Of a stretch of DNA of 47,239 nt, positions 1 to 9,311 are shown piece by piece. The DNA lies in contig JAADIO010000033.1 of NCBI GenBank assembly GCA_013151235.1, positions 62,001-109,239 of the forward strand, in the 5' to 3' direction. This DNA is from Deltaproteobacteria bacterium (GTDB lineage: Bacteria > CG2-30-53-67). The translations under genes and the position numbers were made by a program. The stretch's first letter is position 1; the number at the start of each line of letters is the position of its first letter. The notes under the pieces were generated by a model that saw only the letters and a list, made by a program, of their open reading frames with translations, was not told the origin of the DNA and ran no database searches.

Positions 1-426
1 AGTATCGAAGAAACCGAACTGTTCCGCAGCCCCGGTTTCCTCGACAACATAGTCCCAATCCGGTGGGGTACGGGGCGCTGCATGAACGAGGAAGAGGTCC
101 TCCTCCCGCACGGTCATCGGCATGACGGAGAGCTTTTCCCGATTCGCAGCGGTCAGGACCGATCGGGTCCACCGGATTGCCTCCTGCGCCAGGGGATTGA
201 AGGAGGAGAGATCACTCTCATTAAGCACCCCGGAATCGTGATTCCCCATGACAACAACATCCGCCGCTTCAAAGATTCGTTCCACACACGCATTCGGATC
301 GGGACCATACCCGACGGCATCCCCGGCAAAAAGGATCCGGTCCGGCGCCTCCCGCCGGATTGCATCCAAAACGACGGTCAGGGCTTCAAGATTGCTGTGA
401 ACATCTGAAAAAACGGCGACACGCAA
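1..426 (-). CDS. Metallophosphoesterase (calcineurin-like, YfcE-type); partial, runs off the left edge
   Basis: Not in the ORF track. Manual translation from TTG at 426 gives RVAVFSDVHSNLEAL...FAGDAVGYGPDP...VMGNHD...LVHA, containing the DxH, GDxVxxG, GNHD and H motifs. The frame is open to base 1. Confidence 0.85.
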   Translation of the reverse strand, partial: MRVAVFSDVHSNLEALTVVLDAIRREAPDRILFAGDAVGYGPDPNACVERIFEAADVVVMGNHDSGVLNESDLSSFNPLAQEAIRWTRSVLTAANREKLSVMPMTVREEDLFLVHAAPRTPPDWDYVVEETGAAEQFGFFDT

Positions 427-548
427 CGATTCTGTTTCCTTCCGCTTTGTAATGATTTTTCGGCCTGCCTGCATACATGCGTCAGCGGAAATGCCGCCGG
501 GGGCCTGCCGGTTTCAATCGGGGCAGAACCCTTTCGGCGTGGGTGCCG

Positions 549-974
549 TCACCCCCTTCGGGTCGTACCCGCCGACTTCCGAATCAGGCGGTCCAGGAGC
601 CCGTTGACAAAGGCACCTGAATCCTCCCCGCCGTACTGTTTGGCCATCTCAATCGCCTCGTCGACGGCGACCTTGTCGGGGATGTCGTCGCGGAAAAGGA
701 TTTCACAGACGGCAATCCGGAGAATCGACTTGTCGACCAGAGAAAGCCTGTTGATCTTCCAGTGAAGGGCCAGTTCCTCGATCGTCCCGTCGATCTCCTT
801 TAAATGATTCAGCGTCTCCTTGAAAATCGACTCGGCATAATCGAGAATGTCGGGGTGAAGCTTCGGATGTTCCCCGCAAAACTCGGTCAAAAGTTCCGCC
901 GCAGGCTCTTTCCGGATTTCGTACTGGTACAGCAGTTGCAGCACCAGAATGCGGCTCTTGCGTCGTTTTCCCAT
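549..974 (-). CDS. nusB: Transcription antitermination factor NusB
   Basis: N-terminal RRKSR, W-x-x-x-RL...DKSILR, DEAIEMAKQYG...FVNGLLD; lies directly after ribH. Confidence 0.96.
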   Translation of the reverse strand: MGKRRKSRILVLQLLYQYEIRKEPAAELLTEFCGEHPKLHPDILDYAESIFKETLNHLKEIDGTIEELALHWKINRLSLVDKSILRIAVCEILFRDDIPDKVAVDEAIEMAKQYGGEDSGAFVNGLLDRLIRKSAGTTRRG

Positions 975-1038
975 GATGTTTTCCGTTTCCGCACGTTAAT
1001 AGATTGATCGACGGTTTTGCAGGAATTCCGACGGTTCT

Positions 1039-1509
1039 TTATTGGGTCATCCGTCGATAGAGATTCACCATCTCGATGGCACCGAGGGTCACGTCCGCCC
1101 CCTTGTTCCCGGCCTTGGTCCCGGCCCGTTCGATCGCCTGTTCAATGGAGTCGGTCGTGAGGATCCCGAACATGACCGGAATCGATGCCGACAGAGCCAC
1201 CGCTGCAACCCCTTTGCTTGCCTCCGCTGCAACATAGTCAAAATGAGGGGTCGCACCCCGGATCACCGCACCGAGACAGATCACCGCATCGTAGCGCTTT
1301 TTTTTCGCCATAATCTTCGCTGCAAAGGGGATCTCGAAGGCCCCCGGGACCTTGACGATGTCGATATCCCCATCGGCGGCACCGTGCCGTTTCAGGACAT
1401 CGAGCGCCCCCTCGACCAGTTTGGATGTAATGAAATCATTGAATCGACTGACGACGATCCCGAATTTGAACCCCTCGGCCTGCAAGGCCCCTTCAATAAT
1501 GTTCGGCAT
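1039..1509 (-). CDS. ribH: 6,7-dimethyl-8-ribityllumazine synthase
   Basis: [43 protein letters not shown] motifs. Confidence 0.98.
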   Translation of the reverse strand: MPNIIEGALQAEGFKFGIVVSRFNDFITSKLVEGALDVLKRHGAADGDIDIVKVPGAFEIPFAAKIMAKKKRYDAVICLGAVIRGATPHFDYVAAEASKGVAAVALSASIPVMFGILTTDSIEQAIERAGTKAGNKGADVTLGAIEMVNLYRRMTQ

Positions 1510-1563
1510 GGTTCCTCCTATTGTTTTGACTGAATGCCGCCGGCGGCTGCTGAGAGCCGATCT

Positions 1564-2775
1564 TCATATCTGTTCCAGGAAATGGCCCATCTTCTCTTTC
1601 TTCGTTTTCAGATATTCAACATTGCATTTCCTCGACTTCATTTCAATGGGAACACGTTCCTGAATCTCCAGGTCATACCCTTTGAGACCGATGATTTTCT
1701 TCGGGTTGTTGGTTAACAGCCGGATTTTATGGACGCCTAAATCTACGAGAATCTGGGCTCCGATTCCATAGTCCCTGAGGTCGGCTTTGAATCCGAGCTT
1801 TTCGTTGGCCTCCACCGTATCGAGTCCTTCATCCTGCAGGGCATAGGCGCGGATCTTGTTGGCCAGCCCGATCCCCCTCCCCTCCTGCCGCATATAAAGG
1901 AGCACCCCCTTCCCTTCCTCGTCGATCCGCTCCATTGCGGCATGGAGCTGATCCCCGCAGTCGCAGCGTTTAGACCCGAGCACATCGCCGGTAAGACACT
2001 CCGAGTGGACCCGGACCAGGACCGCTTCGTCGGGTCTGATCTCCCCCTTCACGAGAGCAATATGTTCCTTGTTGTCGACATCGTTTTCGTAGACGATGAC
2101 CCGGAAATCACCGCCGTAAACGGAGGGGAGAGCAGCCTCCGCTGCGCGACGTACGAAAGATTCATTCTGCATCCGGTAGGCGATCAGGTCCCGGATCGTG
2201 ACGATCTTCAAATCATGTTCCCGTGCGAATTCGATCAGTTCCGGCATACGGGACATGGTGCCGTCCTCGTTCATGATTTCGCAGATCACCCCGGCCGGTT
2301 CCAGGCCGGCCAGCCTCGACAGATCGACGGAGCCCTCCGTCTGCCCGGCCCGCTGCAGAACACCGCCGGAGCGTGCCCGGAGGGGAAAGATATGACCGGG
2401 GCGGACCAGGTCGCAGGACCGGGCGTCCGGACTCGCCGCCGCCAGAATGGTCGTTGCCCGGTCGGCGGCGGAGATCCCCGTGGTTACGCCGTGCCGGGCC
2501 TCAATCGATACGGTAAAGGCCGTCCCGAAAGATGCCTCGTTTTCCCGTGTCATCTGCGGCAGATCAAGGGTCTCCACCTTCTCCGGCGTCAGCGAAAGAC
2601 AGATCAGCCCCCGGCCGTATTTTGCCATGAAGTTGATCGCCTCGGGAGTCACCTTCCCGGCGGCCATCGTGAGATCCCCTTCGTTTTCCCGGTCTTCATC
2701 GTCCACGAGAATCACCATTTTTCCCTGGCGGATATCCTCGATCGCCTCTTCGATGGTATGGATATTCTTCTTCAT
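1564..2775 (-). CDS. ribBA: Bifunctional DHBP synthase / GTP cyclohydrolase II
   Basis: [10 protein letters not shown] and RPGHIFPL (RibB domain); [10 protein letters not shown]...RCDCG and QEGRGIGL (RibA domain). Confidence 0.98.
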   Translation of the reverse strand: MKKNIHTIEEAIEDIRQGKMVILVDDEDRENEGDLTMAAGKVTPEAINFMAKYGRGLICLSLTPEKVETLDLPQMTRENEASFGTAFTVSIEARHGVTTGISAADRATTILAAASPDARSCDLVRPGHIFPLRARSGGVLQRAGQTEGSVDLSRLAGLEPAGVICEIMNEDGTMSRMPELIEFAREHDLKIVTIRDLIAYRMQNESFVRRAAEAALPSVYGGDFRVIVYENDVDNKEHIALVKGEIRPDEAVLVRVHSECLTGDVLGSKRCDCGDQLHAAMERIDEEGKGVLLYMRQEGRGIGLANKIRAYALQDEGLDTVEANEKLGFKADLRDYGIGAQILVDLGVHKIRLLTNNPKKIIGLKGYDLEIQERVPIEMKSRKCNVEYLKTKKEKMGHFLEQI

Positions 2776-2796
2776 CTCTGTTCCTTTCCTTTACAT

Positions 2797-2928
2797 GATG
2801 GTCTCGTAAAAAGTCACAAAGCCCTTCGACAGGCTCAGGGCGAACGGTGTAAGTGATTGATGTTCCGTTCGTGGTGAGCTTGTCGAACCATGAACGGAAT
2901 CCGGAAAACGACTTTTTACGACTTCATC
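2797..2928. mobile_element. MITE-like element, copy 1 (132 bp)
   Basis: 19-bp imperfect terminal inverted repeats (GATGGTCTCGTAAAAAGTC / GACTTTTTACGACTTCATC). Flanked by direct repeat TTACAT at 2791-2796 and 2929-2934. A near-identical inverted copy lies at 42647-42805. Confidence 0.88.
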
Positions 2929-3585
2929 TTACATAAACCCGTGTTCCGCAAGAAATCCCGAATCGATCCCCCGGCCCGCATCTTTGCTCCCTTCTTCCCG
3001 CAGATCCAGAAAACGGTAAACATATTTCCCGATCAGGTCCCCTTCGAGATTGACGCGGCTTCCAACCAATTTCTTCTCCAGTGTGGTTTTTCGAAGGGTG
3101 TGGGGAATAATCGAGACCGTAAACGTTTTTGCCTTGAGTTCATTCAACGTCAGGCTGACGCCGTCGATGGCGATCGATCCCTTCGGAATGGAAGAACGGA
3201 GGATCTCCTCCGGCGCCTGAAAGGTCATGATCACGGCATTGCCCACCGGCCTGCGGTCGGTCAGTCTTCCGATCCCGTCCACATGACCGCTGACCAGATG
3301 TCCACCAAACCGTCCGACGGCCGGTATGGCACGCTCCAGATTGACCCGATCCCCCGGCCGGAAATCCCCTAGGATCGTCGCAGAAAGGGTCTCCGGAGAA
3401 ACATCCACAGTGAAAGAGGTTTTGTTGAACTGTACAACCGTCAGACAGGCCCCGCTCACGGCAATGCTGTCTCCCGGCCGCACGTCCTTCAGGACGGTTT
3501 TTGCCTTCACCGTCATACGGGCGCTCTCAGCACCAGTATGCAGCTCGGCGATCTCTCCGATCTCTTCGATGATGCCTGTAAACAT
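2929..3585 (-). CDS. ribE: Riboflavin synthase (alpha chain; ribC in E. coli naming)
   Basis: MFTGIIE N-terminus, GDSIAVSGACLTV, GGHLVSGHVDG, KGSIAIDGVSLT. Confidence 0.98.
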   Translation of the reverse strand: MFTGIIEEIGEIAELHTGAESARMTVKAKTVLKDVRPGDSIAVSGACLTVVQFNKTSFTVDVSPETLSATILGDFRPGDRVNLERAIPAVGRFGGHLVSGHVDGIGRLTDRRPVGNAVIMTFQAPEEILRSSIPKGSIAIDGVSLTLNELKAKTFTVSIIPHTLRKTTLEKKLVGSRVNLEGDLIGKYVYRFLDLREEGSKDAGRGIDSGFLAEHGFM

Positions 3586-3588
3586 TTC

Positions 3589-4752
3589 TCAGATCCGTTC
3601 CGATTTTTCCGTTTCCAGACCGACCGCCCGAAAAGGCGGGTCCGATACGGACGGGCGGAGATCCCCTTCCATCAAAAGATCTTCCCCGACCTTTTCAGTA
3701 CGGACATTCCGGAGACGGATGACATCCTCCATCCGCTCGATCCCGATATCCCCGATGGCCTCCCGGCTCTCCCCACCCCCCATGATCTTCGGGGCGATAA
3801 AGAAGAGGAGATGATCGACAACCCCTTCCCGCAGGGCGGCGGCATGGATCGTTGCTCCCCCCTCGATGAGGAGACTGCTAAACTCCATCCGCCCCAGATC
3901 CTCCAGAACCTGGCCAAAGGAGATTCCGCCCGTCCCTTTACGGGCCACCATGACGGTCACATTCTTCTCCTGGTAGGCCCGCACCCGTTCCGGCGCCACA
4001 TCGCTCCCCGCAAAGATGTAGGTCGGGGCCGCAGATTCATTGACGATGACCTTCGCATTCAACGGGGTTCGCAGATGGGTATCCAGGATAATCCGGACCG
4101 GGTCCTTCCCCTCTTCTCCCGGCAGCCGGGTTGTCAAACCCGGGTTGTCCGTGAGGACCGTATTGACACCGACGAGGATGGCATCTACACGGTCACGGAT
4201 CTCATGCCCCCGGCGACGGGCGGGTTCACCGGTAATCCACCGGGAGGCCCCGGTCCGGGTGGCAATCCGTCCGTCGAGGGTAACGGCCGCCTTGAGAATC
4301 ACATAAGGGGTCTTCGTCGAGATATATTTGATGAAAAATGTGTTCAGCTCACGGGCTTCCCGCTCCAGCAGACCGACCTCGACTCGGATCCCGGCCTCAC
4401 GAAGTTTTTGAACCCCCTTGCCGTTCACGAGCGGATTGGGATCAAGCATGGCCACGACCACACGGGCAACGCGACTCCGGATAATGAAATCGGCGCAGGG
4501 AAGGGTCCGGCCCCGGTGACAGCAGGGTTCCAGCGTCACATAGAGGGTACTCCCGCGGGCCGCCATCCCGGCGTCGTTCAAGGCATGGATTTCGGCATGG
4601 GGGGTCCCGGCCTTCCGGTGATAGCCCCGGCCGATGATTTCTCCCTTCCGGACAACAACGGCGCCGACCATCGGATTGGGAGAAGTACGTCCCCTCCCTT
4701 TTGCAGCCAGTTCCAACGCCTGTTTCATAAAGGTGTGATCAAGCAGATCCAT
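3589..4752 (-). CDS. ribD: Riboflavin biosynthesis deaminase/reductase RibD
   Basis: PNPMVGAV, HAE, TLEPCCH...PC zinc motifs; TLDGRIA and LLIEGG. Start taken at ATG 4752; GTG 4782 is an alternative. Confidence 0.97.
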   Translation of the reverse strand: MDLLDHTFMKQALELAAKGRGRTSPNPMVGAVVVRKGEIIGRGYHRKAGTPHAEIHALNDAGMAARGSTLYVTLEPCCHRGRTLPCADFIIRSRVARVVVAMLDPNPLVNGKGVQKLREAGIRVEVGLLEREARELNTFFIKYISTKTPYVILKAAVTLDGRIATRTGASRWITGEPARRRGHEIRDRVDAILVGVNTVLTDNPGLTTRLPGEEGKDPVRIILDTHLRTPLNAKVIVNESAAPTYIFAGSDVAPERVRAYQEKNVTVMVARKGTGGISFGQVLEDLGRMEFSSLLIEGGATIHAAALREGVVDHLLFFIAPKIMGGGESREAIGDIGIERMEDVIRLRNVRTEKVGEDLLMEGDLRPSVSDPPFRAVGLETEKSERI

Positions 4753-4816
4753 GACAAATTCCGTCAAACAGGTTTTCTGCACCTCAATGTGCCAAGGTAT
4801 TCAATGAACTATGAAT

Positions 4817-4850
4817 AACAAAAAACCCGAAGCACGGAAGCACTTCGGGC
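4817..4850 (-). terminator. Intrinsic terminator of the FMN riboswitch expression platform
   Basis: Minus strand reads GCCCGAAGTGC-TTCC-GTGCTTCGGG followed by TTTTTTGTT, between the aptamer and ribD. Confidence 0.85.
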
Positions 4851-4881
4851 ACACTTAACACAGAGAGATACACTCCAAGTG

Positions 4882-5008
4882 TAAACCTTCTCTCATCCAG
4901 ACTTTCACTGTCGGCTCCTGATTTTCACAGGATCAGTCCCCGGCGGAACACCGGGGAGTCGCGGGCTTTGACCGCCGGTCGGGATTTTCACCCGGCCCCG
5001 AAGGTTTA
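4882..5008 (-). promoter_or_regulatory. FMN riboswitch (RFN element)
   Basis: Minus strand: TAAACCTTCGGGGCCGGGTGAAAATCCCGACCGGCGGT..AGCCCGCGA...GATCCTGTGAAAATCAGGAGCCGACAGTGAAAGTCTGGATGAGAGAAGGTTTA. Matches the RFN consensus with P1 TAAACCTTC/GAAGGTTTA; upstream of the rib operon. Confidence 0.97.
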
Positions 5009-5029
5009 ACGATATTCAAATGCGTTTAC

Positions 5030-5058
5030 AGGGTAATTTCCCACCCCGCAAAAGTCAA
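5030..5058 (-). promoter_or_regulatory. Putative sigma70 promoter of the rib operon
   Basis: TTGACT-17 bp-TACCCT just upstream of the riboswitch. Confidence 0.6.
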
Positions 5059-5098
5059 GCATTTTTTCCAACACGGATCCTGTGATGGAAATTAATCT

Positions 5099-5127
5099 TT
5101 GACGCCCTTTCGGGAATCCCCTATGAT
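5099..5127 (+). promoter_or_regulatory. Putative sigma70 promoter of the SH3-domain gene
   Basis: TTGACG-17 bp-TATGAT, near consensus. Confidence 0.7.
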
Positions 5128-5243
5128 AGGCGCAAACTCGTCGCGGCTCAGGGATCTTCTCCAACTCCCGCAGGGCAGGAAGGGAGGAACGTCAAACCGG
5201 AGCCGTTACGAATCTCCAACCAAAAACGAGAAAACGGAAACTA

Positions 5244-5828
5244 ATGCTGAATAAAAGAAAAGGATTTCTCTGCGCTCTTTTTGCGGTGAGCCTGGTATGG
5301 GCCGGGTCGGCTTCCGCAGACCGGGTCCGGGTCACGGTTCGCCAGGCGAATGTGCGCTCCGAACCGGGGAGCCGTCACCGGATCGTTGCCACCACAAAAG
5401 AGGGGGACCTGCTCTTTGTGGTCGATTCCGGAAAACGCTGGTGGAAGGTAAAGCTCCTCAATGGTAAGGAAGGATGGATCTACAAAAAAGCCGTCCACTA
5501 TGAAAAAGACACCTATCAGACCCGAATCGAGTCCATGGTTGAATCGGTGCTTGGCCCCTATCTGAAATGGGCATCTCTCAACGAGGTTTATCTGGAACAA
5601 GAACAAACGATCCGTCTCGACATCATGGTTACATCGCAATGGAAACGGCTTTCACATGAGGAGCGAAAAGCGATGATGATCAAAACAGCGAAAGCACTGA
5701 CGAAGCTCTGCCGGAAGGACGAACTCTTAAAAAAATACATCCGGAAGGCTCCTTACGCGGTCTTCTTCGACCGCTACAACACTCCCATCGGTCAGGCAAA
5801 CGAAGTGGATGCAAGAATCATCCCGTGA
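5244..5828 (+). CDS. Exported bacterial SH3 (SH3b) domain protein
   Basis: Signal peptide ending ASA; ANVRSEPG...WWKVKLLNGKEGWI matches SH3b. The C-terminal half is not recognised. Confidence 0.8.
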   Translation: MLNKRKGFLCALFAVSLVWAGSASADRVRVTVRQANVRSEPGSRHRIVATTKEGDLLFVVDSGKRWWKVKLLNGKEGWIYKKAVHYEKDTYQTRIESMVESVLGPYLKWASLNEVYLEQEQTIRLDIMVTSQWKRLSHEERKAMMIKTAKALTKLCRKDELLKKYIRKAPYAVFFDRYNTPIGQANEVDARIIP

Positions 5829-5871
5829 TCCGGAGACAATCCGTCCGGCTCTGGAAATTGTATATTACTCC

Positions 5872-5900
5872 TTGTCCGCCGGAATGTTCCATGCTATAAG
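5872..5900 (+). promoter_or_regulatory. Putative sigma70 promoter
   Basis: TTGTCC-17 bp-TATAAG with TG at the extended -10 position. Confidence 0.45.
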
Positions 5901-5945
5901 TATCCGCTGAATCCATCCCGGAATCCATGGCAGGACAATCTTTAC

Positions 5946-7859
5946 ATGAAATCTTTCAGAAAAATTTTCTTTTCCTCCCCCTTTCCAGCCATAGCAGCGG
6001 TTTATCTTACGGTTTCTCTTCTCCTGCGCCTGGTCCTTTGGTGGTCCTTCGGACGGCCTTCGGGCATCGTTCCCGAACGCCTGCCGGTCATTCTCGGTCT
6101 CGGTGCCGTAAACGACCTCGCGGAACTTATCCGGCTCCTCGCACCGCTTGCTTTCTATCTCTTTCTGGTTCCCTCCCGTATTGTACGCACCAAATGGCAC
6201 CACCGCCTGCTGGCCGGCGTCACCTATCTTTCCCTGGTGGGGATGCTTTACATTTCCGCTTCCGAATATTTCTTTTTCCAGGAGTTTGATTCCCGCTTTA
6301 ACCTGGTGGCCGTCGATTATCTTGTCTATCCCCATGAGGTCTGGGGCAATATCCGGGCTTCCTATCCCGTGTTTCCCTTCCTGCTGGCCGCCTTTCTCCT
6401 GGCCTTGGCCTTCTATCAAACGGTCCGGCCGGGTTTGCGGGAATGGTTTCTCCACCCTCCCCGCTTCGCCAAGAGAAGCAAGGCTTTCCTCGCCTACCTT
6501 CTGGTAACGGCCCTGTTCTTTACGGGGTACTCCGACGATACTTTCGCTCGGTCCTCGAACCGGGTGGAAAACGAATTGACGGCAAACGGCATCAGCAGTT
6601 TTTTCCGGGCATTTGAAACCCATGAACTCGATTACCATCTTTACTATTCGACACTGAAACACGACCGGGCCTTCCGCATGATCCGGCGGCAGCTGGCCGG
6701 AGAGGGGGGAACTTTCACATCTACTACGGAAGAAAACCTCAACCGGGCCTTTCCCCCCGATCCCGCCGGACTCGGAAAAATGAACGTCGTCGTTATCGTG
6801 GAAGAGTCTTTCGGTGCGGGTTTCATCGGGGCTTACGGCGACCGACGGGGACTGACACCCGCGTTCGACAAACTGGCGGGAGAGGGTCTTCTCTTCCAAA
6901 ACACCTATGCCACGGGGACCCGGACCGTGCGGGGACTGGAGGCGATCACGGCGTCCTTTCCCCCGATTCCGAGCGTTTCCATCCTCCGCAGGCCGGGAAA
7001 TGAACGGATCGCAACCTGGGGAAAGGTGATGGCGGACAACGGTTATATCACGTCCTTCCTTTACGGCGGGTACGGCTATTTCGACAACATGAATCATTTC
7101 TACCGAAGCAACGGTTTCGCCATCAGCGATCGAAGGGAAATCCGGGAAGTTACATTTGCCAATATCTGGGGTGTCTGCGACGAGGACCTTTTTAACCATG
7201 CGCTCAAATATTTCGATGGGCCGGCACAACAAGGACGCCCCTTCTTCTCCATCATTATGACGACCTCCAACCATAAGCCGTTTACCTTTCCAAAAGGGAT
7301 CCCCGGCATCCCCCCGAGTGGAGGGGGAAGAAAATCCGGTGTCCGCTATGCCGATTACGCACTGGGAAACTTTATCCGGAGAGCCTCGCAGCATCCCTGG
7401 TTCGGAAACACCCTCTTCGTCATCGTGGCGGACCACGATGCCCGTGTTTACGGACGGCTTCTGATCCCCGTCCGGCATTACCGGATCCCCCTGCTGATGT
7501 ATGCCCCGGGGAAGCTCAAACCGAAAAGGATTCCCACCCCGACCAGTCAGATTGATATCGCTCCGACGGTACTGGGATTGCTTGGTCTGCCGTACAATGC
7601 TCCCTTCTACGGATGTAATATACTGAAGCTCCCTGCCGGGGAATCCCACCCCGTTTTCCTCAGCCATAATCTCGATGTCTCCCTCTTTGAAAACAACCGT
7701 CTGACCGTCTTGGGGATCGGAGCAAAACGGACGACCTTCCGCTATCTTCCCGAAAAACACCGCCTTCTTCCGGAACGAGGAAACCGGAAAATGGAGGAAC
7801 TGACCACCGCCTATTACCAGACTGCGTTTGAACTCTTCAAGTCCCGCCGCTACCGGTAA
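5946..7859 (+). CDS. LTA synthase family / sulfatase-like phosphoglycerol transferase
   Basis: About 5 N-terminal TM helices; NVVVIVEES, GTRTVRG (catalytic Thr region), TTSNHKPF, VADH, SQIDIAPT. Confidence 0.9.
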   Translation: MKSFRKIFFSSPFPAIAAVYLTVSLLLRLVLWWSFGRPSGIVPERLPVILGLGAVNDLAELIRLLAPLAFYLFLVPSRIVRTKWHHRLLAGVTYLSLVGMLYISASEYFFFQEFDSRFNLVAVDYLVYPHEVWGNIRASYPVFPFLLAAFLLALAFYQTVRPGLREWFLHPPRFAKRSKAFLAYLLVTALFFTGYSDDTFARSSNRVENELTANGISSFFRAFETHELDYHLYYSTLKHDRAFRMIRRQLAGEGGTFTSTTEENLNRAFPPDPAGLGKMNVVVIVEESFGAGFIGAYGDRRGLTPAFDKLAGEGLLFQNTYATGTRTVRGLEAITASFPPIPSVSILRRPGNERIATWGKVMADNGYITSFLYGGYGYFDNMNHFYRSNGFAISDRREIREVTFANIWGVCDEDLFNHALKYFDGPAQQGRPFFSIIMTTSNHKPFTFPKGIPGIPPSGGGRKSGVRYADYALGNFIRRASQHPWFGNTLFVIVADHDARVYGRLLIPVRHYRIPLLMYAPGKLKPKRIPTPTSQIDIAPTVLGLLGLPYNAPFYGCNILKLPAGESHPVFLSHNLDVSLFENNRLTVLGIGAKRTTFRYLPEKHRLLPERGNRKMEELTTAYYQTAFELFKSRRYR

Positions 7860-8015
7860 GTAGAACAGCCTCCTCTACGTTGTGCTCCCTGCACCATCCC
7901 ACAGGGGGTACGTCTCTCCGTCGCACGCCTTGATGAGACCGTCCTGCAACGCCTCGACGCGTCACGGCATTTACGAACAGGACCACGAAGACGGATCTGT
8001 AAAAGCATTTTCTTA

Positions 8016-8044
8016 TTGACATATTCGGGATTGATCATTAGGAT
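8016..8044 (+). promoter_or_regulatory. Putative sigma70 promoter of the glutamate synthase cluster
   Basis: TTGACA-17 bp-TAGGAT. Confidence 0.6.
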
Positions 8045-8195
8045 TACAGACCGGCTCCGGAAAAAGGGTGCCATGGACAGTCGGGTTGTTTGTCTCATTA
8101 TTTCAAGTGGTTCACCGTATCGTACAACCCCACTTCGGATCTGCCCGTCTGCAAAAAAATCCCGCCGGGACAATTCAGAGACCAGAGGGTTTACT

Positions 8196-9311
8196 ATGTG
8201 TCGATTAAGCGCAATCACGTCCGATCAATACTTTTCTCCCATGGAGAATATCCTTGCCCTGGAGACAATGAAGGAAGGGCACGACGGTTCCGGCCTCGGT
8301 CTCGTTCTGAAAGACCTGGGCGGAGAATTCGAGCATCTCAAGGAATATCCGATCCTTTCCGGAATCTGCTCAAACCGGGGGATGGAGACCCTGAATCGCT
8401 ACATGGAAGAAGCGGGGTTCGTGGAAAAGTTCATGTGGGAACCTCATATCCGGGAGATCCCCGGTTCGGAGATCACCCGCCGGGATCACTACTTCGCCAA
8501 GGCCTATAAATATCCGGCAGACTTCCTGAATCGGGACCAGGAAGCAAAAGAGCAACTTCTTATGGAGACGCGGCTCGCTCTCCGGGACCTGGGAGAAGCC
8601 GACGAGTCGATCTTCGTCTTCTCCTTCTATCCTGATGTCCTGACGCTGAAATCGGTGGGTGACCCCCTGCAGGTAGGAGAATTCTTCGGCCTTGACAAGG
8701 GAACGCTCAAGGCGAAGATCGTTTTTGCACAGGGGCGGCAGAACACGAACTATGCCATCTATCTTTATGCCTGCCACCCCTTCTTTATCGAAGGCTATTG
8801 CACCATGACGAACGGGGAGAATACGGCCTTCGTCCCGATCCGGGAATTCCTGACAAGCCGCGGATTTCCGGGCTACCGGGGATACAACAGCGACAGCGAA
8901 GTTCTGACGCACATCCTTCATTATTGTCACAGGCAGCTCAAATACCCCCTCCCCTACTATAAGGATGTAATCACCCCGTTGAAGGAATCCGAGATCGAGA
9001 GACGTTCGGATGGGGACGCCATCCGCCTGATGAAAAAATCGCTGCGCCCCCTCTGCATTGACGGCCCGAACTGCATCATCGGGTTTACTCCCGACGGTAG
9101 GGTTTTCATGACCCAGGACGCCAAGAAACTCCGGCCCGGGATTGTCGGCGGCCTGCCCGGAAAATTTGCTCTCATGTCCGAGGAGTGCGGACTTGACCGG
9201 GCCGTCCCGGAACGAGACAGGACGCAGGACATCTGTCCGATGAAATATGACATGGTAGTGGTTTCTCCGGGAGCCACGGAGGTCACAAAATGGAATCAGC
9301 TGAACGGTTAG
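8196..9311 (+). CDS. Glutamate synthase, stand-alone class II glutamine amidotransferase subunit
   Basis: Start at ATG 8196 gives MCRL (N-terminal nucleophile Cys). GHDGSG, QGRQNTN, HPF, NGEN, SDSE, DGP and LRP motifs. The 8016 start in the ORF track is too far upstream. Confidence 0.88.
   Translation: MCRLSAITSDQYFSPMENILALETMKEGHDGSGLGLVLKDLGGEFEHLKEYPILSGICSNRGMETLNRYMEEAGFVEKFMWEPHIREIPGSEITRRDHYFAKAYKYPADFLNRDQEAKEQLLMETRLALRDLGEADESIFVFSFYPDVLTLKSVGDPLQVGEFFGLDKGTLKAKIVFAQGRQNTNYAIYLYACHPFFIEGYCTMTNGENTAFVPIREFLTSRGFPGYRGYNSDSEVLTHILHYCHRQLKYPLPYYKDVITPLKESEIERRSDGDAIRLMKKSLRPLCIDGPNCIIGFTPDGRVFMTQDAKKLRPGIVGGLPGKFALMSEECGLDRAVPERDRTQDICPMKYDMVVVSPGATEVTKWNQLNG

Noticed and set aside
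5170-5190. CAGGGCAGGAAGGGAGGAAC resembles the SRP RNA domain IV motif
   Set aside because: The bases flanking GGAA do not pair and the conserved AGCAG is absent.
5865-7760. Long antisense ORFs (631 aa here; also 3538-4818, 29050-30255, 33617-34927, 35030-36022 and others)
   Set aside because: They lie opposite well-recognised genes and have no motifs; these are shadow ORFs typical of GC-rich coding DNA.
8016-8195. 60-aa N-terminal extension of the GATase subunit
   Set aside because: Class II GATases need Cys at the mature N-terminus, and the TTG at 8016 is part of a TTGACA -35 box.
8051-8195. Possible glutamine (glnA) riboswitch in the glutamate synthase leader
   Set aside because: Only one GGGTTGT/ACAACCC helix is evident, and I could not find the glnA consensus.
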